Both the position numbers and the translations under genes were made by a program. DNA of 64,000 bases from Acanthaster planci (lineage: Eukaryota), in NCBI RefSeq assembly GCF_001949145.1, contig NW_019091356.1, positions 1,925,667 to 1,989,666 of the forward strand. The letters run 5' to 3'. Every line of letters starts with the position of its first letter. Position 1 is the first letter of the stretch. Below the pieces are notes generated by a model, which was not told where the DNA came from, searched no databases, and saw only the letters and a program-made list of their open reading frames with translations. Positions 48,301 through 58,100 of this stretch are shown piece by piece.

Positions 48301-51300
48301 TTTTTCTGAATAAAATATTCCGCACCCTATTTAAACAGCCGTGCTAGGTTGCTTGCAGTGATGTCCTTTCTAAGTGAAACCTCAAATGTTCTCCCTAATG
48401 CTGTCTTTCCAACCAATCCACGCAGTCCCATTCATGCATATTACTACGTGTTACGACAACACAAACAAGATATAAATACTTGTTTGCTTTTTAAGTGAAA
48501 AGAGGATGGTAGCTTTCTAGGTACAGAAACTACTTTTCAAACACTTGTCCAAGAAACTGTTTAATATGAAAACCAATTATAGAAACTAAGAAAAAATGGA
48601 AAAGTATGATGCATTATTGTATCACAATGATACGGAGACAAGCACTTTACCCTATAAATGACATCACGCTTTCGCTTAGCATAAAATCCAAAATGTTGAG
48701 ATTTATCCCTTGTATACTGTTACAAAGAAGATGGACAGTGATCGTGACGTAAATGTGCTTTATGTGTTAAAGTCAAAAAAATCCTATGGCTCCTTTAAAA
48801 TGGTTAAACGTTGAAGGAGACTGCAGGGTTTTCGCTTATACGCCTTGTACGTCCTGTGATTGACCCATCGAATACCTTGCCTTACCCGGGCGCCCACCCC
48901 TTTTCCTTTCGACTCACCACGGCCTGAATATTGTCAGTAAATTTCCTGTAGCTCCCGTGGGTGAAGCAATCGGGAAATCAGTCCCTTGAACCAAGCCCCC
49001 CTTCGTTATACATCGGAACTGCACAGCAAGCAGGTTGCTGGCCTAGTTTCTTATCGGCGCATTGCAATATCTGCTGATTCAAACATCGTGACGATCGAAG
49101 GCTCACGTTGTTCGAGCATTACCCCCTCCACTTTAAAAGTGCTGGATTTGCCGTACATCAAGTCGTCACCTTTAACGGAGACCCTGAAAACTCATCACCC
49201 TCTTGGTAACAACCCGTGGCCTGATTGTGTCACGTCTGGTTTGGAAACTTTGTTGGTGCATGCATTTCCTGACCGAAACATACTATCCCGATGATTGATA
49301 GTCAAACAAAGACCAAGAAAGTTTATAGTGTGATTAAGCGACCAGTTTTAGATGCCAGTGCTGCGCTGGCACAACGCTCGTGGACAGTTGGTAGGCGCGT
49401 GTTTGTCTCCTCAACCATTAGGGTGCCGTAGTTTGATAAAAACACGCACTCGCACCCAGGTATACAGGCCTACTCCACAGTGCAATTTGTACAAAATTCC
49501 ATTCGGAAACGCAAAGGATTTTGGGAAGGTTGAATTGACCTAACGCGAGCGCAGTGTTGGTGGTTTCGTGCTTGACGTTAGTATCTGACATCCAACAACT
49601 GTGCGCTCTTCTAACCTCCCAACTGAAAATCGTGTCGGGAGAGTGTCATAACATTACCCGTACCGAGCGACTTTATGTTCCAAGGGAGAAAAATTCCAAC
49701 CCACTCATGACAGAAACCATCCAAAAGTTTCCCAAACGATCGTGGAATGATACATCGACCAGTTGGCCTCGATATTGACTGATTGTAATGCCCTGTAGAG
49801 TTTCAGCGTGACCTTAACTTCGTGACCTTCGCTGGTTACGGAGGAAGATTTTTATTGATCCCGATGCACGTCTGGAATCGCTATTTCTAGATGGGATTAC
49901 CAGTGTAGTTTACTGCAGTTACTGGGGGACTGAAAGACCCTAGATTTTGAGAAAACATTCATCGACAAACAGACTGTTGCCTCCTTCTTATAACAGATGA
50001 ATTAGATGTAGGCCCTACACAGAAGCTCAAGCGAACCGTTAATTTCGAAACTCAGCCATCCAACCATGTGGCTCTCAATTATGCAACTATACCCTGCTAC
50101 ACTTTGTATGCCTTCCTTGTATGGCCAAAAGCATGATGAAATCGTTCCTCCGGAAAAGCAAAGCAAATAAGATTTGGAACGAGAGCACCTTGCTTTTTTT
50201 TGCACTTGCTATTGGGACAGATTACCGGCTGCTGTTTAGCTCTATAAGATGGCCTTTATGTACCTCATACACTGAGGGCGTGGCTGCGTCATACATGTTC
50301 CTGCACGTATCGCCGGTTGCATTTCAGAAAGGCAATCGATAATGTCAAATGTATGAGAAACATTAACGAGATATGGAAATAGCCCAATGACTCACCGCAG
50401 GCTATACACGCACGGGCACCCAATAACAACCTGGTCTGTTTACTATGCCGGATCTCGATTTCTCTTTCCGCACTCGCAAATTGTCCAAACGTGTTCGGAA
50501 TTGTTGAAAACCTCAGGTCAGGTAATCGTCTAGGAGTCCAGATGGCGGTCCGGTCCCCTTTGGCCGGACGCGTTCTACACGGTCAAATAAAGGTGTGTCA
50601 AGCACCCTATCCGCAGTGAACTCACAGTGATGACATCTGCGTCCTGCATAATACTGGAGGGATATGACCTTGACCCGAAAGTGGTCAAGTGCAAACAAGG
50701 AATGGAATATGGGAAGGCAAGTTATCTTTTGGCGATTCAGATAACACGGACTGAGCCCTCTATGGAAGTAAACTTTACGAAGTTCAAAATAGTCCTACAA
50801 TAACCCGTAGAGGGCGGTGTGTATTTTGATAGACGGCGCTATAAACTAAACTTTGTGATATCCTTTAAGCGTCCAGATGAGTTCACCAGGGATTTTTTTA
50901 ACCATCTTACGACCACTCAATAATTCAGCGAGCACGTCATTTCAAGGCAGATCTATTGGCCAAAAGTAACTGATTTATCAGATCAAAGGACTGTAATCGG
51001 TAACTAGGCCAATATAACTCTAAACGTAGTTGAGAGCATGTTGACCACTGTACACAACTTTGACCTCTCCTTTCGGCTCAAAAATTAATATATCAATGTA
51101 GGCCACTCAAGCTTAAACACATCCAGTATCGATATCATCGTCCTGGCAGTGCCCGGTATTATGTGTTAACTTATCATACCCCCAATCTTGGTCGGTTTAT
51201 AAGTTACGAAGTTTCCCTTGATTCCAAAATCCGGGATAGCCTCCGATTCTGCGTCATATGACGAGAACTCTCAGTTTATTTGTGTGTGGACGACATTTGT

Positions 51301-52138
51301 TCTTACAAAGGCTCACACAAAACTATTTGTCGTTACTCTGGATTATTATGAAAATGAAAACTGGTGCCAATGTTTGTTCTATCGCCATATATCATTCAAC
51401 ACTAAAAGCTTCTCAAGACGGGAGAGGGTTATTTGGGAAGGGCGCGCCTCCGAGTCTTAGAAGGGTTGGACTGGCCTTTAAGAAGGGGAAATCAATCCTT
51501 AGAAAGTCAATTAGTTTGAAAAAATAGATTTTTTGGTGAGTGAGGGCACTTCCATCTTAGACATTCGGTGTTTGAGCTAAGTTTCCTTTTAAAACACTTT
51601 TTCCACTTTCAAAACATTGAGAAAAGATTATTATCTCCTCTTGAAAGTTGGATATAAGCCAGCACGCCCTCTTGTGGCGAAGGCATTTGCTCCAAGCGAA
51701 AGTGCAGCAGCAGGTGCTCAATGGGAAACACTGTGATACTGGCAGGAAGTCTAGTTTTCAAAAGGAAAAAGATGCTGAATTCGATAAGCCAGGCACAAAG
51801 GGACTGGAGTATGAAACTGAAACTAGGGAAAATAGATGTCCCAGGTTGTTGGTCCACGAAAAACGAATTCTGGTCTAAAGAATGATAGTTCTGTGGTCGT
51901 TGTGAGATTGTTCTGGCCATTCAGAAGGAACATTTTTGCTGCTCGCCGTCACGCGTCGCGGTCCGCCGTAGTTTCCGCATCCGGGTGCTGCATATCCACG
52001 GCGCTCGAGCGAGCTCCGTTGTTTCGTCGTGTGTCTTGCTTGAGTGTCTTCGGGCTTCCTTGCTCCCGACGCTGACCCTGTGGTCTGTCTGGCGTCGGTC
52101 CGTGGAGAAATGACGCAGATTCTTTGATTAATTCGAAC

Positions 52139-55100
52139 ATGGCCGTCTTAAAGTCGAATGAGTGGCTGGTTGCTGCCGAGTTTGTGGTGCTTCTTTCGTT
52201 TGTATTTGCTGAACAGGAGAGGTTTTCAATCGAAAGGTGAGTTTTGTAATCACCCCGCCCTTTTTTGCACATGTGAGACACAAGTTTTGTTCGATATAAT
52301 ATTACTCAATTGCTGTGGAGAAAAATCTGAACAACAAAAAATCAACCAGTTATTGGAAAAAATGTTGCATCCTAACTCCACTTCAGCGGTTGTGTACAAA
52401 GTCTATGGGGAGTGAAGAGAATGTTCTAAGTACACACTGTATTTTCCAACAACATCGGTAAATGTCTCTCAGTACAGAATTCGTGTCTTTACAGCATTTC
52501 TGGAATGACTGACCTTTATTGAGATATAATGAGAAAAGTGGAGTCAGGATGTAACATTTTTTCCTAGTTATTTACTAGGACCTGGCAAAGATGCAGTCTT
52601 CAGGGTTGAACCTGTCAAATAAACTGTAACCTGTCCAAGTTCTCAGCTTAAGCCTTTGAATAGAGTCACTTTCCCCCATTTTTATTGATCAACTTGTTTA
52701 GATCTATGCCTATAGCCTAACATTAGTGTTTGTTTGCAAGAATAAAGTTTGGTTTAAAGTTTAATGTAGTAGTTTTGTACTTTGTTCCTAGATCAAGAGT
52801 GCAGCGTGCTGTGTGCTCTGGCCCAGCATCTAAAGTCAACCAACGGTGTAGATGGTCAGGTACGAACACATACGTTTTCATACGTACTTAGCATTAACAT
52901 TGAGAAACAACACAGTTTTTATGAAAAAATGTCAGATTAATTTGTATCTCAAGTTTGCCACTTTTATTATGTTGATAAGAAATGCTACTTGTTGGCAGCA
53001 TTCCAGAAAAAATTAACCACGATAAAACAGTCTTAAATTTTATTTAATGAAATGTTTGTTTTTTTTGCAACAAAAATCTGCTTTTGTGCAACCACATTTG
53101 CCAAATGCTTTCCAACAGAGTACACACCTAGATTGGGCACCAATTTTTATGAATAATTGTAGACTTGTGTATAGCTTATTATGCTGTAGTTTTGTTGGAG
53201 TACAAAGAATTGGCCATTGGATGAGTGCCAACTCTGTTGCATTTTTGCAGGAAATTGGTTTTTTTTTTTTGCCAGGAACTTCCCCATCCTTCAGAATCTA
53301 TCAGCTTGCTCGTAGAAGTCATCCATTTTTTTTCTTATTTTCCGAAGTATATAAAACATACATGTACACTCACTGTGGTGGTTATTGTCATAACTTTTAC
53401 AATTTCTTTCCCGGGGTATGCCCGTCCTGCTTACAATGCTCATGGACTCTAGTATCTTCCTCAATCTTCAAATATCATCCAACTGGTAGTTTTGATAAGG
53501 GCTTGGAAGGTTAAAGGTCAGGGCACATTTTAGGGATTTTACCACTGAGGTAGTGAAGAAAAGTGCCAGGGTTAGACAGCGTGTTGGAATTTTTTTCTTT
53601 TCAGAACTTGAGTGTCCGTGCGTGAATGGCGCCTACTGCAATATCTCGTCACATAACTGTGAAGTGTGCCAAGTCACCACGACGGTCTGCACGTCTCCTT
53701 GCCGGTACCCCTGTCGCAATGGAGGCACCTGTACCTGGGAGACGGGCACCTGCCAGTGTCTGCCGGAGTTCTGGGGAGTGGACTGCAGCTCACGGAGGGA
53801 GGTCCCAGCAGTGGTCACGCCCAGAGTGACTGCCACCATTCACCAACCCGCCCCAGACCCCTATCCCAGCCCGTCCTGGCCCCGGCCTGGCACAGAGCGT
53901 TGCCCAGACCGGCCGTGCCTGAACGGAGGATGGTGCGATGCTGGGACGTGCGTCTGCCCGAGGGGTTACTACTTGCTGGATTGCAGCCTGTGCATGCCTC
54001 GTGAACAGCCGCATAAATGTCTGGACCACTGCGGCCTGGAATGTAAGCGTGGGGACTGTCTGACGGAGATCAAGAAATGCCATTGCTCTGTTGGTAAGAG
54101 ATCCACTTTGGTCTTGAACTCTAAATATATATTCCAGTCACCATGTATCACATAGCAGATTGCTAGCTTGCATGGAGTTGGACCTGCGGTAGACGTCGTC
54201 CTCACTAGATACAAAGAATAAACTTTAGGTTACCAGAGAAAGTTACGTAGGTTCTGAGAATTTACTGTAAAGAAAACTTAACATTAGTGTCGTCCTTTCC
54301 AGAAAACCAGCATTATACACCTGTTTGCCTCTGTGCCCGTATTTCAATTGTTTGGCTTTTTTTTTCACTTACTGGCACCCTGTGTTTACCACCCTGGATC
54401 TGCCTTACAGGAACCATTCAGTTATTTAGTAAAAAAGATGACTTGCTGAAGTAACTGACACTAGCAAAAATGTTTGTTGTTTTTCTGGGAAATTGACAGA
54501 TGTTCCAGGGAACCTTTTAATTTACAGCATGTGCTGACCTTTTAAGAAATGTGTCTTTTTGAAGGGCCTATTCTCTAAGAATGAAGTCAGCTCAATGCAG
54601 AGTGGTAGGTAGAAATCCCATTTGAGCACCTGGTCAACTGTTAATCTGATCTCCTTCAAACATCCAGATTACACGGGTGAGGATTGCAGCCTGTGCATTC
54701 CCGCGGTGGCTTACATGAACTGCACCAACCTCTGCTCGCCGATGTGCATCAACGGCGCCACCTGCAACTCAGCGACGCGCAAGTGCGAGTGTACGCCCGG
54801 GTGGACGGGCGAGAGCTGTGGCCGGCCCTGCCCCCAGGGGACGTTTGGCTTGAACTGCCTGGAGCTCTGTCAATGTCCCGTTGGACCCTGCGATCCGGTC
54901 ACCGGACATTGTCTCTGTGGGCCGGATTCGCAAAACAGCCCCCACTGCACATCGCCCTGCGACTGTCTCGTGGATGGCGTGTGTTTCTCACAAGCAGACT
55001 GTCCCACAGGTAAATTAATCAACAGTTTATCAACCAGGAGTTATCCAGTAATTACATGTCATCTCACGGAGCCTTTATTTCTCCATTTTTAACCTAATTT

Positions 55101-58100
55101 TTCCCACCATCTTAGGGGTTAGGATTAGTGGCTTCAACAAAAGTCAACCTCAGCAGCCATCCACAGAGATGAAGAAATTTTGTTTTGTATAAACACTGTG
55201 TTTTCTACAAATATAGGCCATTTGTGTGTATACAAACACTGCTTGACTTTCTCCGATCCCACCCGTGCTTTATTTTGGTCCCTTGTATGCATATTTGACC
55301 AGACAAGAGTCTACTGTTTCTCCTCCAGTGTGCCGTTGTCTGGGTGAGGTCTGTCCATATCATGAGTCACAAAAATGTCCTTCATTAAAGGGAATGCGTC
55401 AGACCATTGTGCAGGTGTCTGTCGAAAGGTTCACATAGTTTTTTTAGTTCCCCAGTATTTTGACTGTCACTGGGTTGAATCGGCATATGCTACTTTAAGA
55501 TAGACAGGTCAGAGAATGTTCCAATCAGAGCAAGACAATGTACAAAACATGTGTGTCTCACTCTTGCGAGATGAGAAAAAAAATTCGATTTAGAAGTATT
55601 CATATCAATTGTGGCTGCTCGCCAGTTCTTTGGGGGAAATGAATACCTTCTCTGTGCCAGAGGGCTTGGCATTGGATTCGACTTTCCATGATCAAATGAC
55701 ATGGACTTGAAAGAGACAAGGTACCTGACCCGAGACTTTCAACACGCACTTTATACTCATTGATTTGAGTAAAGAGAACCTGGTGATGTCAGAACAAATT
55801 CTGAGAATGCTTCTACAAATACATGTAGGTGCAAATGCTGAGAATGTCTGCCCTCTGTGACGACCTTGTGAACAATGACTGGCCTCTATTTGAGAGAGGA
55901 ACCATTAACCCACAACAGTATTGTAATCAAGACTTTTTTCTGGACGTCGAGGAACAAGTCATGTTTTTCGCTAAAGCCCCAGTCAGTGATTCCATCAACA
56001 ACACTGACCTTAAATCCAAGGACCTTTCTGCCTGGAACATTCCTTGACACTCCAGTAACCACCACTGTGCCGTAAACAAGTGGAACTGTCTCCATTCTCT
56101 AAATGGTGGTAGCATCAATCCCCACACTCCAAGTAAAGGGATGGTGACTTGGTTCTACCTTCCCATATCCTTCAAAATCTTCCAAACCTATCAGTGGATT
56201 TTCAAGGAAGTGGGATGGTTTATAATGCAGGGGCATCAGAAGTTGGGAAAGTGATGCTTGTCTCCTGGGAAAAAATATTGAAAAACAATAAAATGAAAAA
56301 CGGAAGAAGAAAGCCAACTGAGGAAAGGGCATAAAAAGTACCAATTGATTTGAAAATACCTTAACCCCTTCCATCTTTGATGGTTTACCAGCTCGCTGCC
56401 GACCAGTGCTTGTCCCCTACCCGACGGGTGGTCCGCTCCCCCAGAAAAATGCCTGTGTTGGGTGATCACATTTCCACTAGCAACCAACTTTTGCCTCATC
56501 AAATTGACCTTGTGATCTGATTTCTTTTGGGACAGGGAATGAACAGCCCCCCTCAGTCCAGACTTTCCTCCCTACCACCGCTGCCGGAAGCCTGCAGGAG
56601 CACAATCAATTGCCCGCCGACCAAGCGAAGTCGATGATGACCCTGGTCATCGCCACAGCCGCTGGGGCTGCCGGGCTTCTAATTGTCGTAGTGATACTGA
56701 TTGTCTGCCTGGTGAGAACAAGGCAAAAAAATACAAGGTGAGTGAGTCTCCAAGGCTCCTGGTTGAGTCGTAAGTTCACCAGGGTTCCAGTTGCATTTAT
56801 CTGCTAATCAAAAACTGGGCTCACTCAGGCAGCGTACCTTGGTTTGACATAGCCCTCAGCTAACTTTTGCTTCTCTTGTTCACTTGCTGAGCAGTGTTTT
56901 TGACACAGCATCTGCATGAAATAAGTTCCTCAAATATCTTTGTCTAATAGCATCAACCCCGTAAATGGTCTTGTGTAATGTACACTCATTCAGTGGTGAC
57001 TGTCTCTGTCTTCATTTAATCTATAGAATACATGAATTTTTCTTCGATTCACTTTTTGTGTATCTCTGTACTCTTCTTCAGTGCATAAAACTGTTTGACA
57101 TGTATTTTGAGCTACGTGAACTGAAAAGTGCTCTTTTTTAAACATTCAAAATGGACCAAGCATTTCTGAACAAGTGAGGGCGCTTTTGCTTTGATGTAAA
57201 TCCAGGAAGACATTGTTCAGTTCGCATGTCTTTATGTTCAAATTGTGAATTTGCTATCTGAAACCATTTCGACGAACAGGTTGCTGGCTTGCTTGCTTAT
57301 TGTCATATATTTACTCAACAATAAATTGCCAAAGCAACTGAAATGTACAATAGCAGTGTTTAGAAAAATCCAGAAATTTCCTGTGCACAAATCAGTGAAA
57401 CATTGAGGCTCAGTACCTTGATGACATCATAGTGTTGCTCATGAATATGCAAATATGTATTAGCATAAAAACCAAAAAAGGTCCAATAAAATTGGAAAAA
57501 TGAGGCAAATTGAAACCCACATTGCAATTTCAAGGGATTTAGTAAAATATTTCTATTTCATGGTCCCTTTAAAGCAATCCAAGTTTGGCAATGAAGGACA
57601 CGAACTCTCTAAATGATTGTTTCCTAATGGTTGGCTCATAACAGAAAGTCTTCAATTTAAATGAGTGTAAGCCACATGTCATTCCATTGGCACCATGCAA
57701 TCATTAAGCTATATCCTGCCATCTTTGTATGATGAAAAACAGATGTCAAAACCTCCAAACATCACATGTCATCGATGGAAGAGGACTGAGTCACAAAGCT
57801 CATCTAGCAATTGCTGGCAAATTGATAAACAATACCCTAACATTGGAGGCAAAGCGTCAAAAGCTTGTGTAGAAACTAGGTGTATGTAAACTCGCATAAA
57901 GTTTTCCATACATGCTCAAGGTTTGGGAATAAATATGGGAAGGTTTTGAAACAAGAAGACAAAACACCCGGAGTTCCCTTTCAATCTACCATGTGGAGGT
58001 TTGGTGAAACAGCATGCAACATTGTAAAAGTGTAAAGCAGTTCACCTTTGGGATCGGGTTACTTCCCCTATTGCTAAATTACTTCCTGTAAAGTTGCCGA

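Noticed and set aside
51949..52281. 110-aa minus-strand ORF as a separate gene
   Set aside because: Antisense to the receptor's first coding exon and GC-rich 5' region, with no recognisable domain.
52158..52415. 85-aa ORF as the receptor N-terminus
   Set aside because: The frame from ATG 52139 gives a better signal peptide and splices in phase through exon 2 into the EGF exon.
53047..53514. 155-aa ORF in receptor intron 2
   Set aside because: T-rich intronic composition; exons 2 and 3 join in phase without it.
56392..56461. Extra receptor exon before the TM exon
   Set aside because: The available donor is weak (gtgatc) and gives phase 2, incompatible with the phase-1 TM exon.
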